36,298 nt of DNA from Lachnospiraceae bacterium (GTDB lineage Bacteria; Bacillota_I; Bacilli_A; RFN20; CAG-826), in NCBI GenBank assembly GCA_963643725.1, contig CAVILR010000006.1, positions 1 through 36,298 on the forward strand, given 5' to 3'. The notes under the pieces were generated by a model. The model was given only the letters and a program-made list of their open reading frames with translations. It did no database searches and was not told the DNA's origin. Below are positions 27,433 through 36,298 of this stretch, piece by piece; the stretch's first letter is position 1, and each line of letters opens with the position of its first letter. A program made the position numbers and the translations under genes.

Positions 27433-27456
27433 GGAGGTAATGCCTCCTTTTCTTTT
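27431..27456 (+). terminator. Rho-independent terminator after frr
   Basis: AAGGAGG (27431-27437), loop TAATG, CCTCCTT (27443-27449), followed by TTCTTTT. Confidence 0.8.
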
Positions 27457-27507
27457 AGAAAATTTCTCATTATTCGCACATATATGTTTTTTGTATGCGC
27501 CTAAACG

Positions 27508-27515
27508 TGTATAAT
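27508..27515 (+). promoter_or_regulatory. Extended -10 (TGTATAAT) for the uppS-cdsA-dxr-rseP-polC unit
   Basis: TGTATAAT lies 12 nt upstream of ATG 27528 with no SD between them. This implies a very short leader. Confidence 0.5.
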
Positions 27516-27527
27516 ATTTTCTAGTTT

Positions 27528-28262
27528 ATGGACGAGAAAATTAAGCTAAACAAAAGCATCGATCACATCGCTTTTATTATGGACGGGAATGGCCGATGGG
27601 CAAAAGAGCGTGGCCTACCTCGATATAAAGGTCATAAAGAAGCGTGCAATCGCATCATTGAAGTTTTTAATTATTGCAAAGAATACGACATTAAAGTTAT
27701 GTCTTTTTACGCCTTTTCCACTGAAAACTGGAAACGCCCAAAAGCGGAGATAAATCATTTATTTAATTACCTTGAAGTGTTTTTTAAAAAAGAAATTAAT
27801 ACCTTGATGAAAGACGGAGTTAAGGTTTTAATTTCTGGCGATATATCTAAACTACCTCTTAAAACACAAACTACGTGTTTAGAAGCAATAAACAAGACAA
27901 AAGATAATACAAATTATGTCTTTAATATTTGTCTGAATTATGGGGGAAGAGATGAAATCGTTCGCGCTTCAAAATTAATGCACGAAGATATTGTTAATAA
28001 AAAGATCGATATCAATTCTATCGATAATTCCACGTTTGCGAATTATTTATACACAAAAGGGTTGCCTGATGTCGATTTAATGATTCGCACAAGCGGAGAA
28101 GAGAGATTATCTAATTTCTTGCTTTGGCAATGCGCTTATGCAGAATTTGTCTTCCCTAAAGTTCATTGGCCAGATTTTAAAAAAGAAGCCTTTAACGATT
28201 GCTTAAAAGAATTTAATAATCGACACCGTCGTTATGGAGGTTTGACCGATGAAAAAGAATAA
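27528..28262 (+). CDS. uppS: Undecaprenyl diphosphate synthase
   Basis: It has the motifs HIAFIMDGNGRWA and ERLSNFLLWQCAYAEF. Confidence 0.95.
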   Translation: MDEKIKLNKSIDHIAFIMDGNGRWAKERGLPRYKGHKEACNRIIEVFNYCKEYDIKVMSFYAFSTENWKRPKAEINHLFNYLEVFFKKEINTLMKDGVKVLISGDISKLPLKTQTTCLEAINKTKDNTNYVFNICLNYGGRDEIVRASKLMHEDIVNKKIDINSIDNSTFANYLYTKGLPDVDLMIRTSGEERLSNFLLWQCAYAEFVFPKVHWPDFKKEAFNDCLKEFNNRHRRYGGLTDEKE

Positions 28263-29274
28263 GCCTTTAATCGAACCCAACGAAATACCTTTAGAAGCAA
28301 AATATAGCATGCGTACGCGCACGATAACAGCGATTATTTTAGCAATTTTAGTTGTCCCTTCTTTATTTTTAGGTGGATGGTTTTTCTTTGCTCTATCAGT
28401 TTTGCTATCAATTTGTTGCTCATATGAGCTCGTAAAAATACTAAATTTGAAAACACGTATTAAATATTTTGTCTACATCGCCACGATTATCATTAGTCTT
28501 TCTTTTGTCTATTGGATATTTATTAAAAACAATATTATCTCTTCTTCATCAGAAAACTCTGTTTCATGGAATACGTTTTTAACCACGGAATTTAAGACAT
28601 TGGATGCCTCAATCGTTTTAATTTTAATAACCGCAGGGGTGTTTTTCTTTTTCTCATTTGCTTCTGAAGAATTTGATGTTGGGAAAACTACTTATTTAAT
28701 CTCGATGATTATCGTCGTCAGTTTATGCATTCAATCAATGCTTTATTTACGTTATTCTCCATTTGAAGAATTTCAAAAAATCGATGTCGATACATCGACT
28801 CCTCTATTTAAATTTTTCCAATCATCCTTATTATTTATCTATGTTATTTTAGGGACGATTTCTAATGACATCGGCGCTTATTTTATCGGTCTATTATTTG
28901 GTAAAAAGAAGGTAAATCCCCGCATATCGCCAAAGAAAACGTGGGAAGGCTTCTTTGGAGGGATGGCTGTTTCCTTCATCTTTTCTATGGCATTTGCTAT
29001 TATATTAGCTCTAACTAATTACCCATTACTACCATCCTTAGATTTATCGCATTGGTATTATATTTTGCTTCTTAGTGCAGTCATGCCAATCATGGCCAAT
29101 TGCGGTGATTTCGCCTTCTCAGCAATTAAAAGAAATTATAACGTCAAAGACTTTTCAAAGATTCTTCCAGGACACGGTGGAATTCTCGATCGCGTCGATT
29201 CACTAATCTTCACCAGCGGTTTTATCGCTGTTATGCTCATCTTCATCAATAACGGTTGGGACTTTTTAAAGTGA
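28249..29274 (+). CDS. cdsA: Phosphatidate cytidylyltransferase (CDP-diglyceride synthase)
   Basis: It is a multi-TM protein with the CdsA signature GDFAFSAIKRNYNVKDFSKILPGHGGILDRVDSLIF. Confidence 0.92.
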   Translation: MKKNKPLIEPNEIPLEAKYSMRTRTITAIILAILVVPSLFLGGWFFFALSVLLSICCSYELVKILNLKTRIKYFVYIATIIISLSFVYWIFIKNNIISSSSENSVSWNTFLTTEFKTLDASIVLILITAGVFFFFSFASEEFDVGKTTYLISMIIVVSLCIQSMLYLRYSPFEEFQKIDVDTSTPLFKFFQSSLLFIYVILGTISNDIGAYFIGLLFGKKKVNPRISPKKTWEGFFGGMAVSFIFSMAFAIILALTNYPLLPSLDLSHWYYILLLSAVMPIMANCGDFAFSAIKRNYNVKDFSKILPGHGGILDRVDSLIFTSGFIAVMLIFINNGWDFLK

Positions 29275-30416
29275 AAAAGCGGATTCTATTATTAGGAGCC
29301 TCCGGTTCAATCGGAGAGCAGACTATCGATATAATCGATAAATATCCTGATTCTTTCCTATTGACCGCCTTTTCTGTTGGAAATAAGAGCGAGCTAATAC
29401 CGAATATTCTTAAAAATCATCGCGACGTTAAGATGATTTATTTAATTGATAAAGCTAAGAGTAAACAATTATCAAAATCTTATCCTCATATTAAATTTTT
29501 CTATGGTAAAAATGGCTTAGCAAAATTAGTTAAATTCGCTCAATACGATATGGCAGTTGACGCGCTCGTCGGCTTTGTTGGACTTGCTCCGGCGATTAAC
29601 GTTTTAAAAAGAGATAAAATCCTTGCCTTAGCCAACAAAGAAGCTTTGGTGGTCGGAGGAAAAATCATCAATAAACTTTTATCTGAGGGCCACGGAAAAT
29701 TATATCCAATTGATTCTGAGCATGTGGCGATAGCTAAATGTTTAGCGAAGGTTAACAAAGAAGATATCGATAAAATTCTAATTACCGCCAGCGGAGGAGC
29801 CCTTCGAAAATTTAATAGCGATGAGCTTAAAAATGTTAAAGCAAAAGACGCTTTGAATCATCCGACTTGGAAGATGGGAGCAAAAATAACTATCGATTCA
29901 GCGACGATGATGAATAAAGGCTTTGAAGTCATTGAGGCGTATTATCTATTTGACTATGGTAACGATAAAATCGAAATATTGATGCACGATGAATCGCTCG
30001 TCCATTCGGCGATAAAACTCAAAGATGGTACCTATATTTTAGATTATGGTAAACCCGATATGCATAAACCAATTGAATATGCTCTATTTGAGGGGAAGAA
30101 CGATTATTCACTTCTCCGCGTTAAATCGCTTGATGAGTTAAAAGATTGCCATTTTCATAACTACGAGGCAAGTCGTTACCCATTAACTGAGTTAGCTATA
30201 TCGTTATTAAAAGATTTAGACGTCGCGAAGTTAACCGCGTTAAACGCCTCTAACGAAGTCGCTGTCCGACGATTTTTAAATGGCGATGTTTCCTACTTAA
30301 AACTCATCGACATCGTAAATAGAGTTGTATCTAAGACAAAAGCAAACTATAATCCTTCCTTTAGGAAGATAAAAGCGATTGATAAAAAAGCGAGAAGAGA
30401 GGCATCTAGATTATGA
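29271..30416 (+). CDS. dxr: 1-deoxy-D-xylulose 5-phosphate reductoisomerase
   Basis: It has the motifs LLLGASGSIGEQT, LANKEALV, PIDSEH, HPTWKMG and MNKGFEVIEA. The GTG at 29271 overlaps the cdsA TGA. The ORF track uses TTG 29256. Confidence 0.93.
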   Translation: MKKRILLLGASGSIGEQTIDIIDKYPDSFLLTAFSVGNKSELIPNILKNHRDVKMIYLIDKAKSKQLSKSYPHIKFFYGKNGLAKLVKFAQYDMAVDALVGFVGLAPAINVLKRDKILALANKEALVVGGKIINKLLSEGHGKLYPIDSEHVAIAKCLAKVNKEDIDKILITASGGALRKFNSDELKNVKAKDALNHPTWKMGAKITIDSATMMNKGFEVIEAYYLFDYGNDKIEILMHDESLVHSAIKLKDGTYILDYGKPDMHKPIEYALFEGKNDYSLLRVKSLDELKDCHFHNYEASRYPLTELAISLLKDLDVAKLTALNASNEVAVRRFLNGDVSYLKLIDIVNRVVSKTKANYNPSFRKIKAIDKKARREASRL

Positions 30417-31798
30417 ACGTGTGGCAATGGATATTATCAATACTCTTATTCATCATCTCTTTTGGCTTACTTATTGTTATCCATGAATTTGGTCATTTCT
30501 CAACTGCCAAATTATTTAATGTCTACTGCCAAGAATTCTCAATTGGCTTTGGGCCTAAGTTATTGAAGGTTAGAAGAAAAGGCCATGAAACCTATTTCTC
30601 TATTCGCGCTATTCCGCTCGGCGGATATGTATCGATGTATGGTGAAGGTGTTGAACTAGAAGACGGGTTAGAACTTCCACCTGAGCGAAGCATTGATGGC
30701 ATCTCTAGACCTAAAAGGGCACTGGTTATGTCTGCGGGTATCTTGCTCAACGCTTTCTTAGCTCTGATTTTATTTGCTATATCGAATATATGTTTCCCTC
30801 AAACATTAGTTACCTCTACTCTCCATGTCAGTGAGAGCTCATTAATTGAAGGGGCCAATACCGACGATAAATTTTATCCAATTGGACCTGAGAATAATTA
30901 TCGAGTATATATCAATGATTCTCTTACTTATATCGATGAAGAAGAAGGACAGGTTACAAAGACATTCCAAGGAGCCTTTTATATCCTTGATGATGATGTA
31001 ACATATAAAGACAATAAATATGTTCTATGCTGGTATCCTAATACGAATGCAAGCGAACCAAAATTATCGGAATCATTAACCCTTTTCGTTGCTGATGACA
31101 CGGATCAAATTAAGAATTTAGAAGTCTTTAAATCGTGGGAAGAAAACGGCGTAGTTTTAGCAAATTATCCAAATATTGCCAAGAAATTGAGTCCTGCGGA
31201 AAACACTGAAGTAACGGTTAGCACAAGGCTAAAAACCCCTGAAGGCGAAGTGAAAACTGTTAGCTATAATCTAACTGCAGTCGAAAGCGGTAATTCCTTT
31301 ATTTGGAAAGATTTAGGCGTGTCGACAAAGCTCATTGATGAATGGGCTCCATTTGGCGATAGGCTTAAAGGAACATTTGAAGATTTTGGTGAAGCTTCAA
31401 TCGCCGTCTTTAAAGGCCTTGCCACCTTATTTAGAGGTAATATTCAAGATTTAAGTGGCGTCGTCGGCATCTTTACTATGTCAAGTACTGTTTTAACTAA
31501 CTATACATTTAATTATTATTTATACTTTTGGGGTTTAATATCCGTCAACTTAGCGATCTTTAATCTCCTCCCATTCCCTGGGCTTGATGGTTGGCAACTT
31601 CTAGTCACTTGTGTAGAGGGTGGAGTTAACGCCTATAAACGAAGGGAGCACAAAAAAGCCAATGTCGATACACCTTTTGTTGAATGGAAAATACCTAGCA
31701 AGGTTAAAAATATCGTTTCAGCGATTGGCTTAATCTTATTATTTGTCTTAATGTTTGCCATCTTAGGCTTTGATATTGCTCGAGTTATTAAGGGTTAG
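30413..31798 (+). CDS. rseP: Site-2 (M50) zinc metalloprotease RseP/RasP-like
   Basis: It has HEFGH in TM1 (VIHEFGHF) and the C-terminal NLLPFPGLDG motif. It sits after dxr as in Bacillus. Confidence 0.9.
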   Translation: MNVWQWILSILLFIISFGLLIVIHEFGHFSTAKLFNVYCQEFSIGFGPKLLKVRRKGHETYFSIRAIPLGGYVSMYGEGVELEDGLELPPERSIDGISRPKRALVMSAGILLNAFLALILFAISNICFPQTLVTSTLHVSESSLIEGANTDDKFYPIGPENNYRVYINDSLTYIDEEEGQVTKTFQGAFYILDDDVTYKDNKYVLCWYPNTNASEPKLSESLTLFVADDTDQIKNLEVFKSWEENGVVLANYPNIAKKLSPAENTEVTVSTRLKTPEGEVKTVSYNLTAVESGNSFIWKDLGVSTKLIDEWAPFGDRLKGTFEDFGEASIAVFKGLATLFRGNIQDLSGVVGIFTMSSTVLTNYTFNYYLYFWGLISVNLAIFNLLPFPGLDGWQLLVTCVEGGVNAYKRREHKKANVDTPFVEWKIPSKVKNIVSAIGLILLFVLMFAILGFDIARVIKG

Positions 31799-31800
31799 TT

Positions 31801-34800
31801 ATGAATAGCAAGATGGTGCGCTTTCTTAAATCGATTGAGCTCGAGAATATCGAACGTTTTGATCTCGACTTCGATTTAGTTTCGCGTAACGCCTTTGATA
31901 AAAAGCAAGTCGATATGCTCATCGTTAAAAAGACGCCATGGAACTATGAATTGTTAGATGAATTTGTTGCTCATTTAGCCAATATCAAATATCCATATAA
32001 AATCATCTTTTCCTATGTTCAAAAGCCGACAGTTTATGAGGCGATTCAATTATTTTATGAATGGCATCGCCAACATTATCGCTTTCCTAGTGAAATAAAT
32101 TTAGTGGGCGATAAAGATACGCTTGAATTCGTCTTTAAAAGTGAGAATGAAGAAAAAGAAAATGAGAATACTTTAAAAGAATTTCAAGATTTCTTAGAAT
32201 TTTTAAATTATCGCTTCAATATTTCTACTTCCATTAAGGAGGAAGAGGAAGTTGTTAATATTTCCAAGAAAAAACTTGAAAAGATTGAGCAAAAAGCTAT
32301 ACAAGTGACCGAAGAGACGCTTAAAGAAGATGTCGACGGAAGCGAGACATCATATTATAAAGATGCAAAAGAAGTCGCTGAGGAAACCCAAAGAGAAGAA
32401 TTAAAGAAATTTGAAGATCAATATATTAAGACGATGAAGGCTAATCTTCAAAAGCTTGAAAGAGAACATCGTAAAGGCAATGCCAAATCTTCGTGGCGCG
32501 TTGACAATCGGCCATATAACTTAATCGATAATCTTTCCGACATCACTCCTGAAAGCGGAAATGTCGATATTAACGGTGAACTTTTTGGTATCGATAAGCC
32601 TAGAACTATTCGAAACGGGTTATCGCTTTTAACGATGGGACTAGGGAAAAACGGCGCTGCGGTATCAGTTAAACTCATAGAAAACGAATACGCTTCAAAA
32701 GAAGATATCGAAAATCTTAAAAATGGATTATATGTCCGCATTCGCGGAACGGCTGAATTTGATAAATATAGCCATCAATTAGTGGTCAATGCTAGAGGAT
32801 ATGAATTGCTCGCTCCTCCATCTTTAAGAGATGATAAATGCGAGAATAAGCGCGTTGAACTCCATCTTCATACCAAGATGTCATCGATGGATGGTGTCTC
32901 AAGCATTGTAGATTATGTAGCTTTAGCTAAAAACATGGGCCATAAAGCCATTGCCGTGACAGATCATGGCGTTGTGCAAGCTTTCCCAGAAGCGCAAGAA
33001 GCGGGTAAAAAAGCTGGAGTTAAAATTCTTTATGGCTCTGAATTATACATGGTTAACGATAATTTGCCTTTCGCTTTAAATCCAGTGGACAGAAAACTTC
33101 AAGGCGCGGATTATGTCGTCTTCGACTTAGAGACAACTGGTTTAAGCGCCCGTTATTCAGGCATAACCGAATTCGGCGCGGTGCGTGTAAGCAATGGTCA
33201 CGTCGTTGACTCGCTTGATATTATGATTAATCCGGAGATGCCAATTCCATTAGCTATTCAAGAGAAGACCAAAATAACTGATAAGATGGTCAAAGATTCT
33301 CCAACGATTAAAGAAGTTCTTCCAAGGATTAAAGCTTTCTTTGGTGATGCCATATTAGTTTCCCATAACATCAACTTCGATATCGGCTTTTTAAATGAAG
33401 CATTAAGGAGAAATGGTGAAGACAAGATTTCTAATCCATTAATCGATACCTTATCTTTATCTAGATACATGTTCCCAGAATCTAGGAAGCATAGTTTAGG
33501 GGCTTTGTCGCGTAATCTTGGGCTAACATCATACAATGATGATGATGCTCACCGAGCAGATTATGATGCGCGCATTTTAAGCGACGTGTGGCTTGTGATG
33601 CTCGCTAGATTAACAGAGGATAATTTCGAGCTCAAACATCAAGACATCGCCTCCTTTAAAGTTACGACGACGATGTATAAGCATATGCGTCCTCAACATG
33701 TAACGGTCTTAGCCAAGAACAAACAAGGTCTACAAGATTTATATAAAATTATCAGCGATTCGCACATCATCTATCTCGCCGACTTGCCAAAGACCCCGAG
33801 AACTGAGTTAGCCTCATTAAGAGAAAATTTATTAATTGGCTCCGCTTGCTTTAATAGCGAAGTCTTTGACGCCGCGGAGACGCGAAGCAAAGAAGTATTA
33901 AAAGAAGTCATTAGCTTCTACGACTATATCGAGGTCCAACCATTAGCCAATTATAGCTATTTAATTAACTCTGGAAAGATCGAAAGCGAAGAAGAAATAA
34001 AGTGCATCGTTAAAGATATCATCGAAGCTAGCGATGAATTAGGTAAACCAGTTGTCGCCACTGGCGATGTTCATTATCGAGATCCAGGCGATAAGATTAC
34101 CCGCGATATTTATATATCCACAAACGCGGTCGGAGGTCGACCACATCCATTGCTTCTTAAAAAGATGGATTTGCCATCTCCTGACCAGCATTACCGTTCG
34201 ACGCAAGAAATGCTTGATGCCTTTGAATTTATTGGTAAGGAAAAAGCGTATGAAATCGTTGTCACAAACACCAATAAAATCGCTGATTCAATAGAAGAAA
34301 TTGTTCCTATCGATAACAAGCTTAGACAGCCGGTTATTGAGGGTTCACCAGAAATACTTAGAAATACTTGTGAAGAAAAGGTTCATGAGATGTTTGGCGA
34401 CAATGTCCCTGATTTTGTCATCGAACGCATGAACAAAGAGCTCAATGGTATTATTGGAAACGGCTATTCTGTCACTTATTACATCGCTCGTGAAATTATT
34501 AAAGAAGCAAATGAAAAAGGCTTTATGGTCGGATCTCGAGGTAGTGTCGGCTCATCTTTTGTCGCTCATCTATTTGGTATCACTGAGGTTAACCCATTAA
34601 AACCGCATTATCGCTGCCCAAAATGCAAACATTATGAATTCGTCGATGATAAAGATGTGCTATCGGGTTACGATTTGCCGAATAAGAAATGTCCAGTATG
34701 TGGTGAAGAGATGATTCACGATGGTTCGAATATTCCTTTTGAAACCTTTTTAGGCTTCAATGGTGAAAAAGTTCCAGATATCGATTTAAATTTCCCTAGC

Positions 34801-36243
34801 GATTATCAGCAACAAGCCTTCGATTCCACAAAACGCATATTCGGTGAAAATAACGTTTTTCGCGCGGGAACGATTGGCGGCGTTGAAGATAAGACTGCTT
34901 TTGGGTATGTTCGAGGTTATTTTGAAAAACATGGGAAAAATCCTGATGAAATATCCTCGTCAACTATCGCCTATTTAGCCTCTCGTTGCGTCGGGGTTAA
35001 GCGCACGACTGGTCAACACCCTGGAGGCATCGTCGTCTTGCCTAAGGGAATGTCGATATACGAATTTACCCCGATTCAATATCCAGCGGATGATAAAGAT
35101 AATTCTTGGTTTACTACCCATTTAGATTATAAAAAGGCGTTGCATGATACATTATTAAAACTTGACCTTTTAGGTCACGTCGACCCGTTGGCGTTAAGAC
35201 TAATGTCTGAGATGACGAATATCGATGTTCACGCCATACCATTAAATGATCAACGCGTCATCTCCTTATTTTCTAGCGATAAAGCGCTTGAGCGTAAGGG
35301 CAATTATCTAAAAGTTATAACCGGCGCTTTAGGCCTACCGGAATTTGGTACCGACGCGGCGAATGAAATATTGATTGACGCAAAACCTAAATCGTTCGCA
35401 GATTTAGTTATTATCTCTGGTCTATCGCATGGTACCGATGTTTGGGCACATAACGCCCAAGACCTCCTTAGAAGTGGTAAATGCAATATTCGTGAAGTAA
35501 TTGGATGTCGTGATGATATCATGACCTATTTAATTAAGAAGGGACTTCCAGATAATGTCGCCTTCTCCATAATGGAAGATGTCCGTAAGGGAAAGAAGCT
35601 TAAACCTGAATATCAAGAGATAATGCGGGCTAAAAATATTCCTGAATGGTATCTTGATTCTTGTAATAAGATTAAATACATGTTCCCAAAAGCTCACGCG
35701 GTGGCCTATGTCACAATGGCGGTGCGCGTTGGCTATTTTAAGGTTTATCGCCCATTAGTATTTTATGCCGTATGGTTTTCGGTTAGATGTAAAGCGTATG
35801 ATATTTATTCGATGATCGGGGGACTTGACAGTTTAATCGCTAAATACGATGATATTAAACGCCGTAAAGCATCTCGGGAAAAATTATCACCAAAAGATAA
35901 AGATATCTTCAATATGCTTAAGGTAGCGATCGAAATGTATGAAAGAGGTTATCGCTTTAGCAATATCGATTTATATAAATCAAATGCCACAACATTTGTC
36001 GTCGACGAGGAAAATAATGCTCTAATTCCTCCGTTTACCGTCTTAGATGGTCTAGGCGAAAATGCGGCGATATCCGTTGTTGAAGCGCGTAACGAAAAAG
36101 CCTTCATCACCAAGGAGGATTTAGCAAGAAGAAGTAAACTTAACATGACAAATATCGAAGATTTGACTAAACTAGGAGTACTCAAAGGATTGGGCGATAC
36201 CGATCAAATGTCGCTTTTTGAATTTGGGTTAGACGATTTTTAA
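31801..36243 (+). CDS. polC: DNA polymerase III PolC-type
   Basis: The 1480-aa product has the PHP motif HLHTKMSSMDG, the 3'-5' exonuclease motifs DLETTGLS, HNINFDIGFL and HRADYDA, and the Zn finger CPKCKHYEF..CPVCGEEM. Confidence 0.97.
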   Translation: MNSKMVRFLKSIELENIERFDLDFDLVSRNAFDKKQVDMLIVKKTPWNYELLDEFVAHLANIKYPYKIIFSYVQKPTVYEAIQLFYEWHRQHYRFPSEINLVGDKDTLEFVFKSENEEKENENTLKEFQDFLEFLNYRFNISTSIKEEEEVVNISKKKLEKIEQKAIQVTEETLKEDVDGSETSYYKDAKEVAEETQREELKKFEDQYIKTMKANLQKLEREHRKGNAKSSWRVDNRPYNLIDNLSDITPESGNVDINGELFGIDKPRTIRNGLSLLTMGLGKNGAAVSVKLIENEYASKEDIENLKNGLYVRIRGTAEFDKYSHQLVVNARGYELLAPPSLRDDKCENKRVELHLHTKMSSMDGVSSIVDYVALAKNMGHKAIAVTDHGVVQAFPEAQEAGKKAGVKILYGSELYMVNDNLPFALNPVDRKLQGADYVVFDLETTGLSARYSGITEFGAVRVSNGHVVDSLDIMINPEMPIPLAIQEKTKITDKMVKDSPTIKEVLPRIKAFFGDAILVSHNINFDIGFLNEALRRNGEDKISNPLIDTLSLSRYMFPESRKHSLGALSRNLGLTSYNDDDAHRADYDARILSDVWLVMLARLTEDNFELKHQDIASFKVTTTMYKHMRPQHVTVLAKNKQGLQDLYKIISDSHIIYLADLPKTPRTELASLRENLLIGSACFNSEVFDAAETRSKEVLKEVISFYDYIEVQPLANYSYLINSGKIESEEEIKCIVKDIIEASDELGKPVVATGDVHYRDPGDKITRDIYISTNAVGGRPHPLLLKKMDLPSPDQHYRSTQEMLDAFEFIGKEKAYEIVVTNTNKIADSIEEIVPIDNKLRQPVIEGSPEILRNTCEEKVHEMFGDNVPDFVIERMNKELNGIIGNGYSVTYYIAREIIKEANEKGFMVGSRGSVGSSFVAHLFGITEVNPLKPHYRCPKCKHYEFVDDKDVLSGYDLPNKKCPVCGEEMIHDGSNIPFETFLGFNGEKVPDIDLNFPSDYQQQAFDSTKRIFGENNVFRAGTIGGVEDKTAFGYVRGYFEKHGKNPDEISSSTIAYLASRCVGVKRTTGQHPGGIVVLPKGMSIYEFTPIQYPADDKDNSWFTTHLDYKKALHDTLLKLDLLGHVDPLALRLMSEMTNIDVHAIPLNDQRVISLFSSDKALERKGNYLKVITGALGLPEFGTDAANEILIDAKPKSFADLVIISGLSHGTDVWAHNAQDLLRSGKCNIREVIGCRDDIMTYLIKKGLPDNVAFSIMEDVRKGKKLKPEYQEIMRAKNIPEWYLDSCNKIKYMFPKAHAVAYVTMAVRVGYFKVYRPLVFYAVWFSVRCKAYDIYSMIGGLDSLIAKYDDIKRRKASREKLSPKDKDIFNMLKVAIEMYERGYRFSNIDLYKSNATTFVVDEENNALIPPFTVLDGLGENAAISVVEARNEKAFITKEDLARRSKLNMTNIEDLTKLGVLKGLGDTDQMSLFEFGLDDF

Positions 36244-36244
36244 T

Positions 36245-36298
36245 CGGGGCATAGCACAGTTGGTAGTGCGCTTGGTTCGGGACCAAGAGGTCGTGAGT
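36245..36298 (+). tRNA. tRNA-Pro (anticodon CGG), 5' 54 nt, truncated by the window edge
   Basis: It folds as follows: acceptor CGGGGCA, D-arm GCAC/GTGC, anticodon stem CTTGG/CCAAG with loop TTCGGGA (anticodon CGG, G37), and the start of the T-stem GTGAG. C1 is typical of bacterial tRNA-Pro. Confidence 0.8.

Overview
This 36.3 kb window comes from a low-GC, genome-reduced Bacillota/Mollicutes-like bacterium. It uses the standard genetic code: TGA ends at least six genes at their expected C-termini. The window opens with the last ~1 kb of a 23S rRNA gene and a 5S rRNA gene. Next come two orphan lipoprotein genes and a sugar-isomerase-like gene. The rest is a dense run of housekeeping genes in the classical Bacillus order: yloU-yloV-recG / plsX-rnc-ftsY-ylxM-ffh / rpsP-KH-rimM-trmD / rplS-lepB-rbgA-rnhB / dprA-topA-trmFO-xerC / rpsB-tsf-pyrH-frr-uppS-cdsA-dxr-rseP-polC. 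The window ends with the first 54 nt of tRNA-Pro(CGG). I found no CRISPR array, transposon, prophage or recognisable multi-gene defence or secretion system. The points worth a second look are these. (1) A strictly 20-bp-phased array of AATGACAAA motifs lies in the xerC-rpsB spacer. (2) A locally GC-rich structured leader with alternative CATCAT/GATGAT pairings and a perfect 16-bp palindrome lies upstream of rpsB. (3) An AT-rich inserted gene sits where fapR/fab genes lie in Bacillus. It encodes an XRE-HTH fused to a YhcG/DUF1016 PD-(D/E)XK nuclease and is split by one in-frame TGA. (4) The rpsP-KH-rimM-trmD block is cleanly inverted, which leaves the ffh and trmD stop codons 1 nt apart and creates a divergent rpsP/rplS promoter region. 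(5) A recurrent TATAAT-N6-start-codon geometry suggests leaderless mRNAs. All functional calls rest on motif recognition and synteny read by eye. No database search was run.
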